Positions 40,729 to 50,959 of a DNA stretch of 64,000 nucleotides are shown piece by piece. The notes under the pieces were generated by a model. The model did no database searches. It was not told the DNA's origin and was given only the letters and a program-made list of their open reading frames with translations. Both the position numbers and the translations under genes were made by a program. The stretch covers positions 576,001 through 640,000 of the forward strand of contig OZ244587.1 of the NCBI GenBank assembly GCA_965218095.1, read 5' to 3'. This DNA comes from Candidatus Poribacteria bacterium (GTDB lineage: Bacteria > Poribacteria > WGA-4E > PCPOR2b). Numbering within the stretch: the stretch's first letter is position 1; each line of letters starts with the position of its first letter.

Positions 40729-40868
40729 ATCAGAGAGTTGTTGAGAACATCTGTCTATTTCCCTATAGGTTGACTGCGTGATGAGTGAGGAGTGATGAGA
40801 TCTCACTTGTCACTTCTCGCTCATCATTTTTCACCAAAATCACCCTTCAAAAACGTCAATTCAACATA

Positions 40869-41429
40869 ATGAGCCAAATTCACGCACTACGTTTCACGTT
40901 TCATGTTTCACGTTTTACGCAATACGCACTACTTACCCTCAGTCTGCTATTTCTGGGCTGTGGCGGCGGAATTAAACTAATTGATTTCCCCAAAAGCAGC
41001 GTAGCGCTCAACCTAACGAAAGAACAACAGGAGGTAATTAAACCTCAAATCGCGCTCCTCCAGGACATTGTTGAGGATTACAAGTTTGAAAAAAACGAAT
41101 TGGAGGCTGACTATCTCCGTTATCGAAGTAACGCCAGCCTATCTCGGGCAAGCCGATATGAAGGCGGGGGATTGAGCCGCGAGATTAGGCGTGAACGGAA
41201 TGAAATGAGAACCAAGCTCAGGGGCTTTGTCACGCAACGGAGAGAGTACGCCAAAGAGCTCTCGGGTCTGATCAGCGAGATTAGAGCCAATCTCACCCCT
41301 GCCCAGCTTGTCCTATTTGAAGAGATAAAATTGCCAGAGTTGGAACTGCCGAAGATGCTCAAAAGGCGTCCTTACGACGAATTTGGGCTAATCCCCGGCA
41401 CGCGACGGGGGAGACCAGGTGATTTTTGA
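40869..41429 (+). CDS. Putative lipoprotein, helical (Spy/CpxP-like)
   Basis: Lipobox 'FLGC', 'LNLTKEQQ', 'LTPAQ'; start uncertain because it overlaps heptamer repeats. Confidence 0.5.
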   Translation: MSQIHALRFTFHVSRFTQYALLTLSLLFLGCGGGIKLIDFPKSSVALNLTKEQQEVIKPQIALLQDIVEDYKFEKNELEADYLRYRSNASLSRASRYEGGGLSREIRRERNEMRTKLRGFVTQRREYAKELSGLISEIRANLTPAQLVLFEEIKLPELELPKMLKRRPYDEFGLIPGTRRGRPGDF

Positions 41430-41464
41430 AACAGTACTTAGTCCTAAAAAAGGAGATACAAACG

Positions 41465-42301
41465 ATGAAACTCTCACTATCTGTTCGGGTTGCGGAAGCA
41501 CCCGGCTCCAAAGAAGAAACAATTCGATCTTTTGATAAAATCGCCGAGCTCGCTGCTCAGATCGGTTATCATGCCGTCTGTATGCGGGCATCGCAAGCGG
41601 GGATACAGACACCCCTCCAGCAAATCACAGCCCTCCGCAAGAAGGTTTGTGAACTTAACCTCGCCGTGTCAATGGTCACGGGCGATTTCCCGATTCCAAT
41701 GAATAACGATCAGGGCCCAGATGCCCTGCGAAATATTACGCCTTACTTGGATCTGACGGAGCTATTGGGTGCAGATCTGATTCGGATTGCGATGAAAAAG
41801 GAGGAGGACATCGCATGGGCGAAGCGTGCATCCGACGAAGCCCGTGAGCGGGGCATCCGATTGGCGCATCAGTCACACACACGAAGCCTTTTTGAAACGG
41901 TGGAGGGTTCAATTGATGTTCTCAAGCAAGTAGGGAGACAAAACTTTGGCATCATCTACGAGCCTGCGAATCTGGATCTTTGTGGACAGGACTACGGGGG
42001 CGAAACACTAAAGCGATTTTCGCCTTACTTGTTCAACATTTATCTCCAAAATCACATCCGGCGTTCTGATGGTAGGTCGCGTATTGAGACGTGGATTCGC
42101 GGGGCTGTGGCACACGATCCGATTCGCTTGCAAGATTCGGGAGGGATTGACTTTCCGGTCGTGTTTCAAGGGCTCGCAGAGATCGGCTACGATGGATATG
42201 TAACCGTACATCAAGCGTTCACCGAAATTATGACGCCGGAAGATGCCGCACAGCAGAGCTATGATTATTTGACGCAGCTTGCGAATTTTGAGGCGAGGTA
42301 A
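41465..42301 (+). CDS. Sugar phosphate isomerase/epimerase (xylose isomerase-like TIM barrel)
   Basis: 'LGADLIRI', 'GIIYEPAN', 'GGIDF', 'IGYDGYVTV'. Confidence 0.75.
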   Translation: MKLSLSVRVAEAPGSKEETIRSFDKIAELAAQIGYHAVCMRASQAGIQTPLQQITALRKKVCELNLAVSMVTGDFPIPMNNDQGPDALRNITPYLDLTELLGADLIRIAMKKEEDIAWAKRASDEARERGIRLAHQSHTRSLFETVEGSIDVLKQVGRQNFGIIYEPANLDLCGQDYGGETLKRFSPYLFNIYLQNHIRRSDGRSRIETWIRGAVAHDPIRLQDSGGIDFPVVFQGLAEIGYDGYVTVHQAFTEIMTPEDAAQQSYDYLTQLANFEAR

Positions 42302-42372
42302 TGGTCTGTCAACTTTGGAATGACAAGCAGGAAGCGCATGACACCGTTCTCCGAGGATAGCTATTGACATGC

Positions 42373-43416
42373 CTAAACAGAAATTCCAACTTGCCGAGCG
42401 GTTTCCACCAGACGCTCCCATGTCACCTCATCAAGTGGGATGCCGTTTGCTAGTCGTTGACGGCGCGTGCGAGCCGAGCGTTCACCGGGAATCAAAATTT
42501 CATCGAAACCGGGTGCGGTCGGAGATGCTTTGACACAATTAATCAACTGTGCGACATGCGCTTCAAAATCCTCCATCGGTGTGAATTCCTCAATGTTGAT
42601 GACGATTGCAAGGAAGGCGTTGCCAAGCTTGGGTGCTGCCGGACGGCTGCAACCGGCTTCGCACATCGCACCGGCGAGAACATCCACCAGCAGACTCAAC
42701 CCGTAACCTTTGTGGCCGGCGATTTCACCGAATGGGAGCAGCGCGCCCTTCGGATCATCGAAATACGTGGCTGGATCGGTGCTCGGATCCCCCGCTGAGT
42801 CAATGACCCATCCTTCCGGCAGCGCCTCGCTCCGAGTGAGATACGCCCGAATCTTCCCACCGGCAACGACACTCGTTGTGAGGTCGATCACCATCGCCTC
42901 CTCCTGCCCTGTGGGAATTGCACACGCTATTGGATTGGTGCCGAGCCGCCGAGCGATTCCACCCCACGGCGCAACGCCCTGATCCGCTCCATGACCATTG
43001 ACGAACAGCAAGCCAATCATCTTTGCTTCGGCCGCCATCATCACATAATCCGCAAGACGCCCGCTGTGGTTGCAATTGTAGACATTTACCGTGCTGATGG
43101 CGTGTGCTTTCGCTTTCGCAATGGCAAGTTTCATCGCGTGCGTCGCGATGATTTGTCCCAATCCCCAGTGTCCATTGATGACTACGCTTGAAGGGGTTTC
43201 GGTGACAATCTCAATTTCCACATTCGGATCGATAGTCTTATTCTGAATGCCCAGAACATACTGTGGCAAACGCAAAACACCGTGCGAATCGTGTCCAGCA
43301 AGGTTCGCCTCGACGAGCAGATTCGCAATCGTTTGGGCTTTGTCCGCTGCAAGGCCGAGGGCTTTGAAGATGTCGATGCTGATGGTTCTGAGCCTATCCG
43401 CTGAAATCAGTGGCAT
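42373..43416 (-). CDS. Ldh_2 family dehydrogenase (malate/L-sulfolactate type)
   Basis: 'GHDSHG', 'NHSGRL', 'LGTNPI', 'GHKGYGL', 'IPGE'. Confidence 0.9.
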   Translation of the reverse strand: MPLISADRLRTISIDIFKALGLAADKAQTIANLLVEANLAGHDSHGVLRLPQYVLGIQNKTIDPNVEIEIVTETPSSVVINGHWGLGQIIATHAMKLAIAKAKAHAISTVNVYNCNHSGRLADYVMMAAEAKMIGLLFVNGHGADQGVAPWGGIARRLGTNPIACAIPTGQEEAMVIDLTTSVVAGGKIRAYLTRSEALPEGWVIDSAGDPSTDPATYFDDPKGALLPFGEIAGHKGYGLSLLVDVLAGAMCEAGCSRPAAPKLGNAFLAIVINIEEFTPMEDFEAHVAQLINCVKASPTAPGFDEILIPGERSARTRRQRLANGIPLDEVTWERLVETARQVGISV

Positions 43417-43429
43417 GGTCTTTTGATGA

Positions 43430-44497
43430 CTAGTTGAGAACCTCATAGAAGAAATTCCGCTGCTTCGGGAGATACCCTAACTCGGTAATCGTCCGCTCGA
43501 TTTCCTCAATGGGCATGCAGTAGACCGTCCCCGCCTTGCTAACGACGTTCTCCTCGATCATCGTGCCGCCCATGTCGTTCGCCCCGAATTTGAGTGACAA
43601 TTGACCAATTTTAGGACCTTGAGTAACCCATGAGGATTGAAAGTTGTCAAAATTGTCGAGTATCAGTCGGGAGATCGCCAATGTCTTGAGATACTCAAAA
43701 CTTCCCGCGGGTGGGATATGTTCTAGGCGTGTGTACTTGGGTTGGAGCGACCAGCAGATGAAAGCCGTGAAGCCGCCTGTCTCGTCCTGCAACTCCCGCA
43801 GACGAAGGAGATGCTCGACACGCTCACCATAGCTTTCGACGTGTCCGTACATCATCGTTGCGCTTGAGCGGAGACCAACATAATGCCCCTGGCGCATCAC
43901 CTCCAGCCATTCATCCGATGTACATTTTTTCGGACTGATTTCGTTCCGGGCGTGATCGGTCAGGATCTCGCCGCCGCCGCCGGGGATCGAGTCTAAGCCA
44001 GCATCCCGCAACCGTATCAACGTATCTTCAAGGGTGAGCCGGTTGATTTTGGCAAACCAATCAAGCTCTGGCGGTGAGAAGCCATGAATGTGGACTTTAT
44101 AATTCGCCTTAATCCAGTGGAGGAGGTCTTCGTACCAATCGAGTTTAAGCTTGGGATGTAGCCCGCCCTGCATGAGGATGAGTACGCCGCCCAGATCTAT
44201 GGTTTCCTGGATTTTTTGCCCCAACTCCGCTTTGGACATCACATACGCATCGGGGTCGCTTTTGTGGCGATAAAAGGCGCAAAAATCGCAGTCGACATAG
44301 CACCAATTCGTGTAATTGATATTGCGATCAACGATATAGGTAATGTAGCCTTCCGGGTGCTTTTGCTGTCGAATCATATCAGCGGCCTGTCCAACTGACA
44401 GAAGATCATAACTTTTGAAAAGGGTCAGCCCGTCATCAAAATCCAAGCGTTCACCGGCTAGTGCCTTTTCCAAAATCGGTTGAAGGGTTGCATCCAT
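43430..44497 (-). CDS. mqnC: Cyclic dehypoxanthine futalosine synthase (radical SAM)
   Basis: 'DRNINYTN', CxxxCxxC, 'QGGLHP', 'SIPGGGGEIL', 'QSSWVTQG', 'MIEENVV'. Confidence 0.9.
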   Translation of the reverse strand: MDATLQPILEKALAGERLDFDDGLTLFKSYDLLSVGQAADMIRQQKHPEGYITYIVDRNINYTNWCYVDCDFCAFYRHKSDPDAYVMSKAELGQKIQETIDLGGVLILMQGGLHPKLKLDWYEDLLHWIKANYKVHIHGFSPPELDWFAKINRLTLEDTLIRLRDAGLDSIPGGGGEILTDHARNEISPKKCTSDEWLEVMRQGHYVGLRSSATMMYGHVESYGERVEHLLRLRELQDETGGFTAFICWSLQPKYTRLEHIPPAGSFEYLKTLAISRLILDNFDNFQSSWVTQGPKIGQLSLKFGANDMGGTMIEENVVSKAGTVYCMPIEEIERTITELGYLPKQRNFFYEVLN

Positions 44498-44757
44498 ATT
44501 TCTCAATTTCCTCGTTTCATCGTGTAGGGTTTTCTCTTATTTGATAGGCCATGACAAAGTTCCGCAACGTCTATTTGACGGCACATTTCTTTCGCGTTAT
44601 TGTACCACTTTCATAAATCAACGTCAACTCAAGTTTCATGGTTTTCCAACCTACGAAAGGTTACGGCGGATTTGGGGCACCGATAGTGTTTCGGAGATTT
44701 TATCGGGGCACAATACAACCTTACTGCTGTCCTGTCGGATTCTGGAAGCAAGTTAAG

Positions 44758-46278
44758 TTAATTTCCCTTGCCTAATAGTCCGCGGGCTGTCTTGATTAGA
44801 GTTCCCTCAGCAAGCCATTTTCCGGCGACCTGCCAAACGATGCTCGAAAACGTCGGATAAACATGGATGACCCCACCCAACTTCCACAGCGGGATGCCTT
44901 CCTTCATTGCCAAAACGAACTCGTGGATGACTTCTCCCGCGTTTGGTCCGACGAGGTGGACGCCTAAGATCTTGCCTGTCCACTTCGTTGCGACGACCTT
45001 GATAAACCCTTTCGTCTCTCCCTCCGCGACAGCACGATCGACATCGTGAAGGTCTACAGTGAAAACATCAACATCCCCGTGTTTCTGGCGTGCCTCATCC
45101 TCAGCCAGTCCGCACCGTGCAACCTCCGGATCGCAGAATGTCGTCCAAGGCACGACGGAATAACTGATGGCGCTGGAACCGGGAAAGAACATATTGCGGA
45201 CAATCTGCGTTGCTTGAAACGCCGCGACGTGTGTAAAGAGGTAGTGTCCAATCACATCGCCGGCGGCGTAGATGTTTTTGATAGCTGTCTGCAATTTGTT
45301 GTTGACTTCAATTCTGCCTTTCCCGGCCTTGACGCCAATCGCTTCAAGTCCCAACCCTTCGATATTCGCCTTCCGCCCCGCTGCAATCAAGATCTGATCA
45401 ACGGCAATCTCACGTTCATCTGCTGCATCACCTGCCTTGAGTCTAACCCGATAATGCCCTGGCGTTGGCGCGTGATGTTCTGTCTGTCGAGCCAGATCTG
45501 GATTGAGGTCTGTGACCCCGCTACGCGGGATTTCGCTTCGCTCAACCTGAACCGGATTGGTGTTGAGGAGAATTTCAATCCCTTCTTCCTGAAGATACCC
45601 CAACATTTTCTCGGAGACTTCAGCGTCCTCCTTCGTAAGGATTCGACTGCCGCGTTGGGCGATTGTCACCTGCGTACCCAAACGATGAAAGGCTTGCCCC
45701 AATTCGATACCGATGGGACCGGCCCCCACCACCAATAGCTTTTGAGGGAGTTGATCTAGCTCCCACACATTCTCGCTGTCCAAATAACGGATCGAATCAA
45801 TGCCGGGGATTGGCGGCACAGTCGGGCGAGAGCCGGTCGTGATGACAAATTTTCTGCTCTTGAGCGCAGTAGTTTGGCCGCTCTCCACATCTTCGACCAC
45901 GAAGGTTGTTGGAGACTCGAAGTGTCCATCCCCGAAGATGACCGCCACACCCATTTCGCGGAATCGTTCCGGATTATCGTGTTCTCTCTCGATTGTGTGT
46001 TGGGCGCCCCGGACGTGCTGCATGACACGCTCAAAATCCACATGAGCGTCTTTCACCAGGACACCGTACTTGTCAGCTTCTTTCATGTAATGGGCGACCT
46101 TCGCGGATTTGAGGATGGCTTTCGACGGCACACACCCCGTCCACAGGCAATCGCCCCCCAGGCGATGCTTTTCAACAAGGGCGGTCTTCTTGCCTAGCTT
46201 TGTACCTGCCACAGCTAGAACGAGCCCTGCACTCCCTCCACCGATGATTGTCAAATCATATTCGCCCATCCGGTTCAT
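44758..46278 (-). CDS. Pyridine nucleotide-disulfide oxidoreductase (LPD/MerA-like family)
   Basis: 'IIGGGSAG', 'GGDCLWTGCVPSK', 'GAGPIG', 'HVYPT'. Confidence 0.88.
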   Translation of the reverse strand: MNRMGEYDLTIIGGGSAGLVLAVAGTKLGKKTALVEKHRLGGDCLWTGCVPSKAILKSAKVAHYMKEADKYGVLVKDAHVDFERVMQHVRGAQHTIEREHDNPERFREMGVAVIFGDGHFESPTTFVVEDVESGQTTALKSRKFVITTGSRPTVPPIPGIDSIRYLDSENVWELDQLPQKLLVVGAGPIGIELGQAFHRLGTQVTIAQRGSRILTKEDAEVSEKMLGYLQEEGIEILLNTNPVQVERSEIPRSGVTDLNPDLARQTEHHAPTPGHYRVRLKAGDAADEREIAVDQILIAAGRKANIEGLGLEAIGVKAGKGRIEVNNKLQTAIKNIYAAGDVIGHYLFTHVAAFQATQIVRNMFFPGSSAISYSVVPWTTFCDPEVARCGLAEDEARQKHGDVDVFTVDLHDVDRAVAEGETKGFIKVVATKWTGKILGVHLVGPNAGEVIHEFVLAMKEGIPLWKLGGVIHVYPTFSSIVWQVAGKWLAEGTLIKTARGLLGKGN

Positions 46279-46299
46279 ATTTCTAGGTTATGGTCCTTC

Positions 46300-47340
46300 C
46301 TATGGATAGTTATACAAATTGTCCGTTTCATGGGATGGTTCTTGAGAGGATTGCTGGTTCAACTGGAATTCTCGAAGGATACAATTGACAATCTCCTCGC
46401 TATAGGCCTGGGCGTGGATACGGTTCTGATTGGCTTCCCACGCCATTCGCGCCGCAGCCTCAAAATATTCGGCATGTTTATAGGCATCTAAAATATCGGG
46501 GCCGCGGGAAAGCGTGCCATGTCCAACCCAATAGAGGATGTAACGCATTTCACCCCGTTGATCTGATGGGAGGTCTTCCACCTTAAAGAGACGCAAACTT
46601 TCGTAGGAAAGTTCAGGAATGCCCGGCGCTCGCTCTCGTACAAAACCGATTCCACCACATTTGTTGTACATAATCGGGGTTTCTGGCTCGTATCCTTTCA
46701 GAAAATCGTAAAATCGTGACGCTTCCCCGTGCTCACTGCGAGAGATCAGATTCAAAAACTTCGGCTGTAGATGCACCAATGCTTTGAAACCGTGTGCTTC
46801 GAGTTGATCAAAGATCAGCATATAGTGAAACATCTCGCTTGTTGGTTTAGGGGGCTTCATCCCCGCCTCGTTGAGCGCGGAAATCAATGGCGTACCGAAA
46901 CGCATACGGTAATGCACACCATCGTCTTCCACTTCAACAATCGTCAAATTGAGCGACGGATGTTCCAGTACAATCATATCCAATCGTGAACCGGACTTTG
47001 TTAAGAGCACGTGTCGCCCCGCCAACCCTTTCACAGTAATCGCAGGGGGCAACATGTAGCGCGGGGATTCATCGCGTGGGAGCAGGCAGTCTTCATCTAC
47101 CACATCAGATAAAATTGCGCCCATGTTGCCCGCTGAAGCCCATAGATAGCCATGCGCATGGGCATGATTCCCTGTCCAACCCATCTGTCCGATGAGCACC
47201 CCTAATTCACTGTCGGAGGAGATTGGCTGCAGGCTTGATTGATATCCTCGTTTAACCCACTGCCGGTGACGGTAGCTCTTGGCAGGCGGAGGGGATAATT
47301 CGTCAGTCAAGTAAGCATTTGCTAACGTGAATCCATGCAT
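46300..47340 (-). CDS. Class II aldolase/adducin (RhaD-like), divergent
   Basis: 'AGNMG', 'TKSGS', 'PTSEM', 'VHLQP', 'WVGHG'. Confidence 0.6.
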   Translation of the reverse strand: MHGFTLANAYLTDELSPPPAKSYRHRQWVKRGYQSSLQPISSDSELGVLIGQMGWTGNHAHAHGYLWASAGNMGAILSDVVDEDCLLPRDESPRYMLPPAITVKGLAGRHVLLTKSGSRLDMIVLEHPSLNLTIVEVEDDGVHYRMRFGTPLISALNEAGMKPPKPTSEMFHYMLIFDQLEAHGFKALVHLQPKFLNLISRSEHGEASRFYDFLKGYEPETPIMYNKCGGIGFVRERAPGIPELSYESLRLFKVEDLPSDQRGEMRYILYWVGHGTLSRGPDILDAYKHAEYFEAAARMAWEANQNRIHAQAYSEEIVNCILREFQLNQQSSQEPSHETDNLYNYP

Positions 47341-47386
47341 AATGATTCGCTCCTCATTCTTCCGCCCTTATGACTCGGATGTTATC

Positions 47387-47536
47387 TTGACTTTGTCACA
47401 TTTGCCCCTCGTCCCCCAATTCCCCGATGGATCGGAACTTCAGGAGTTTTTGCGGCTCTCCTCTTCCCCCCAAAGTTGGGGGGATTGAGGTCTCAGACTC
47501 TCGGTCGAAGACCGGAAGGAGTGGGGGCCGGGGGAC
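47387..47536. repeat. MITE family A copy with nested hairpins
   Basis: CTTGACTTTGTCACATT start; CCCCCCAAAGTTGGGGGG; nested AGACTCTCGGTCGAAGACCGGA. Confidence 0.55.
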
Positions 47537-47672
47537 AAACCACTTTCTTTTTGAAAATTACTTATGTGCCTATACACCAGTTTTTACATATCTTCTCGGT
47601 CTGTATGACACTTTCAGCGCAGGGTAGCAAGCCCACGATCAGGGTCGTGGATTTGGTGGGTCATGCCGTGTG

Positions 47673-48827
47673 TCACTGTCTCAGACGTTCAAACTCTGTT
47701 GAGAGCCAGTCCCAGTACGGACGGGGCGTTTCAGTCGGCAGTTCTAACGCTGCTTCCCTTCGCCAGTGATGTAACGGATGCTCCCGATTTTCTTGCGGGA
47801 GCGCTACACGCCTACCATAAGCTGCGGACTCAAAAATTCCCATCATGATTTCGATGACGTGACGCCCTTCTAAGCCGTTGCATTCATGCTCTCGCCCCTC
47901 ATCGAGGGCGCGGACGTATTCCTCAACAAACCAGTAGTCAGCTTCTGACGCGCTTATGTTCGGATCATAGTGTTCGGGGTAGATGGGCACCAACGCTTCC
48001 CAGCGGTCAAGCGTTCCATCCGGGACGAAATGGGGTTGCGGCAGATGCCACGCTCTATCCCCTCTCCAGAACAAACGTCCCTCACTGCCGTAAAGCTCCA
48101 GTGCATAAGCAGACGAATCCATCTGATCGAAGCGGTGCTGGAGAAGCGTCCCGGTTACGTTGTTATCGAATTGTAGCGCTGCGGTGATGTGCTCACAGGC
48201 GATTGTTCCCATGCCACTGGGCGATGGCACGATATCCTCTGGGGTGATTGGATGCCCACCCGTCGTCGCTTGCGTGATCACACTGCGGCAATGCCCTCCA
48301 AATCTGAGCATGTTGTTAATCATGTGTGTGCCGATGTTCATCAAGCCATAGCCGCCGTAGTATCCCTTGCCGCTGCCATAGATGTATCGGAGGTCACCGA
48401 TTTTTCCTTCCAAGAACGCACGTCCAATCGCTTGCATCGGTGCGCCAACCCGCCCCTGATGATGCACAGCGGTCCGCACACCTTTCTCCTTCGCCTTCGC
48501 AATAACGGCGTCGGCTTGTATCAGATCGACGCACATCGGCTTTTCGACTTCGATGTTGACCCCGTGTTCTAGAACGCGCATACACAGGTCATAGTGGAAT
48601 TCCGTCCCCGTTGGGATTGCGACGATGTCTGGTTTGGTTTGGCGAATCATCTCGTCCAGATCGGTGAAACGCGCAGACACGCCAACCTCATCTCCAAGTG
48701 TGTTCAGTCGCTCTTCGACGAGGTCGCAAAGCCCAACAATCTCTGTTCGTGGATGGGCATGATAACCTCTTGCGGCTGCTGTCCCACGCCCTCGACACCC
48801 TAAAATATTGACACGGTATGTTTTCAT
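47673..48827 (-). CDS. Gfo/Idh/MocA family oxidoreductase
   Basis: 'ILGCRGRG', 'VEKPM', 'NIGTHM'. Confidence 0.85.
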   Translation of the reverse strand: MKTYRVNILGCRGRGTAAARGYHAHPRTEIVGLCDLVEERLNTLGDEVGVSARFTDLDEMIRQTKPDIVAIPTGTEFHYDLCMRVLEHGVNIEVEKPMCVDLIQADAVIAKAKEKGVRTAVHHQGRVGAPMQAIGRAFLEGKIGDLRYIYGSGKGYYGGYGLMNIGTHMINNMLRFGGHCRSVITQATTGGHPITPEDIVPSPSGMGTIACEHITAALQFDNNVTGTLLQHRFDQMDSSAYALELYGSEGRLFWRGDRAWHLPQPHFVPDGTLDRWEALVPIYPEHYDPNISASEADYWFVEEYVRALDEGREHECNGLEGRHVIEIMMGIFESAAYGRRVALPQENREHPLHHWRREAALELPTETPRPYWDWLSTEFERLRQ

Positions 48828-48874
48828 TTTTGCCTCCTTGTTAAGCCTATCTATCTGAAACCTCAAATCCAGTT

Positions 48875-49999
48875 TCAGCCGCCCTTGACTTTGTAACTCA
48901 GAATCGTTACAAGGATATAAGCCCCTATCAGTATCAGTCCGAATGGGCGTTTTAATCTGTCGCCGGACATAAAGACTCCGACGCGAAAAACAATCAAGAT
49001 GAATAACATTGTTGGGAAAAGTATGTGGAAAAAATGTACCGGAGCGATTAACCCGCCGCTCGTTACGGAGGCAGACGCACCAGCGACAAAAAGTACGTTG
49101 AGAATATCAGCGCCGATTATGTTTCCCACCGCAAGTTCGCCATGTCCCCTTCTTGCAGCAGTCACTGCGGTCACAAATTCTGGCAGGGAAGTTCCGAACG
49201 CCACCAATGTTGCAGCAATGATGCTTTCGGGGACATTCACTCTTTTGGCAACAATTTTAACCACCGGAATCAGAACCGATGAAGCAGCGACAACCAATAC
49301 AATGCCAAACACCAATTTGATGACGACAAGAAACGTATTGGCAGATTCGTCGTGGCTTTGATCCGCTTCCATCGTGCCGCCGGAATCGCGTGACCAGCGA
49401 ATTGACTGCCACATATAGGCAACAAGCAGGACCAGGAAAACAAATCCTATCACTCGTGGGAGACGCCCACCATCCGAAAAGGTTGTTCCTAATGAACCAA
49501 AGGGCAGGCATGCGATAACCAGCAAAAAACCCGCTCCCAGTTGCAGCCACCCCTGGCGATTGACAATTTTTCGATTGAGTGGCAAGGGGGCAATCAGCGC
49601 AGCTGTGCCGAGGATGAGTCCTGTGTCGCAGATAATTGACCCCACTGCGTTGCCGAGTGCGATCCCCGGATCGCCCTGGATAGCAGCAAGCACTGAGACG
49701 GCGGCTTCAGGCGTCGTCGTCCCAAGGCTCACAATTGTCGCTCCGATTAGTGTCTGCGGGATGCCCCATTGAGTTGAAAGGGTAACGGCTTCCTCAACCA
49801 GTATGTCAGCCCCCTTCCCAAGAAGATAAAGGGTGACCGCAATGATGGCAAAGAGCCAAACCATATGGAGATTTCCAATCTTGGATTCAATCCAGCCTTC
49901 TAACCCATGAGCACCATCTGTATCGCCAGAGTCGCCAGAAGCGGTAAGACTAAAAGCAATGACTAAAAAGATTAAACAACAGAGTAATTTACGTTTCAT
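48875..49999 (-). CDS. Calcium/sodium antiporter (YrbG family)
   Basis: Alpha repeats 'GTTTPE..GNAVGS' and 'GTSLPE..GNIIGA'. Confidence 0.9.
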   Translation of the reverse strand: MKRKLLCCLIFLVIAFSLTASGDSGDTDGAHGLEGWIESKIGNLHMVWLFAIIAVTLYLLGKGADILVEEAVTLSTQWGIPQTLIGATIVSLGTTTPEAAVSVLAAIQGDPGIALGNAVGSIICDTGLILGTAALIAPLPLNRKIVNRQGWLQLGAGFLLVIACLPFGSLGTTFSDGGRLPRVIGFVFLVLLVAYMWQSIRWSRDSGGTMEADQSHDESANTFLVVIKLVFGIVLVVAASSVLIPVVKIVAKRVNVPESIIAATLVAFGTSLPEFVTAVTAARRGHGELAVGNIIGADILNVLFVAGASASVTSGGLIAPVHFFHILFPTMLFILIVFRVGVFMSGDRLKRPFGLILIGAYILVTILSYKVKGG

Positions 50000-50396
50000 T
50001 GTCTCCTCATCATAAAATTATGGCTTATGTCAAAAGAAAGTGCAAAGCGCGAAGAGAAACCGAGTTTTTTGGAAAAACTCGGTTTCTGTCGCACGATTTC
50101 TTAACATAAACCTATGGTTAAAGTAAGTAGTAGCGCAATTCAACCCGCGTTCTTCCGAGAGGTGTTCGGAAATTTCATAGTTTTCATACCTTTTCCGAGT
50201 AAACGGGCGTATTTGATAGAGACAAAAAAAGGTTGAAAACTCGCACTGGAACTGGTTTCTGGGCGGTTTGTACAGGAAAGCGCTCGGAGCTGACCTTGGA
50301 AAAAGCCTTCTTCTCAAGGAGGAGAATTTTGTAGATTTTCTCTAAAAAATCAATACCCAATCCCCGTCAGTGCGAAAGAAACCATCTCCGGTCCCG

Positions 50397-50421
50397 TTGG
50401 CGGGGCATCCTGCCCCGCCAA
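50397..50421. repeat. REP downstream of RAYT
   Basis: TTGGCGGGGCATCCTGCCCCGCCAA. Confidence 0.7.
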
Positions 50422-50425
50422 TTCG

Positions 50426-50899
50426 CTACTCCATCTTAAATTTACACCACCAATACGGATAATCCCTCGCCCATTTAACCAAACCCTGCCGAACAGGGTT
50501 CTCATAGCAATATCGTATAATCTCATTCAACGATTCCTTCCCCCGAACCCCACGATCATAATATCCCTCCTGCCATACGGAACCAGTTTCACCACACAGC
50601 ACGTTAATCTCTCTTACTGTGAAACTCTTGAAGGAATGCATGATGCTTGCTAGCGTTTGATTACAACCCAGTTGGATAACCGCATGAATATGGTCAGGCA
50701 TTATCATAATACATATCCACCTGATGCGGTCTTCATTTTCCAGCCATTGGAAGGCATCGAAAATGATTTGTGCAACTTGGGGGAGTGAGAGGAGGCGTCT
50801 CCGTTTGAATGTGGTAGTCGTTAAAAAGTAGTATGTACCAGATATTGCATGCCGTCCTTTTCGTAATTGATGGCTTTTTCGGTTTGGAAGGGGGTTCAC
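50426..50899 (-). CDS. REP-associated tyrosine transposase (RAYT, Y1 HUH)
   Basis: 'YFLTTTT', HUH 'MPDHIH', 'WQEGYYD', 'YCYENPV', 'DYPYW'. Confidence 0.88.
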   Translation of the reverse strand: MNPLPNRKSHQLRKGRHAISGTYYFLTTTTFKRRRLLSLPQVAQIIFDAFQWLENEDRIRWICIMIMPDHIHAVIQLGCNQTLASIMHSFKSFTVREINVLCGETGSVWQEGYYDRGVRGKESLNEIIRYCYENPVRQGLVKWARDYPYWWCKFKME

Positions 50900-50926
50900 G
50901 GTTTATCCTTTGAGTCATATGTCGGC

Positions 50927-50954
50927 GTAAGGCGGGGCAAGATGCCCCGCCTAC
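50927..50954. repeat. GTAG-REP upstream of RAYT
   Basis: Minus strand GTAGGCGGGGCATCTTGCCCCGCCTTAC. Confidence 0.75.
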
Positions 50955-50959
50955 GTGTC

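Noticed and set aside
44758-46278. Mercuric reductase merA
   Set aside because: No C-terminal Cys-Cys pair, no NmerA domain, no mer genes nearby
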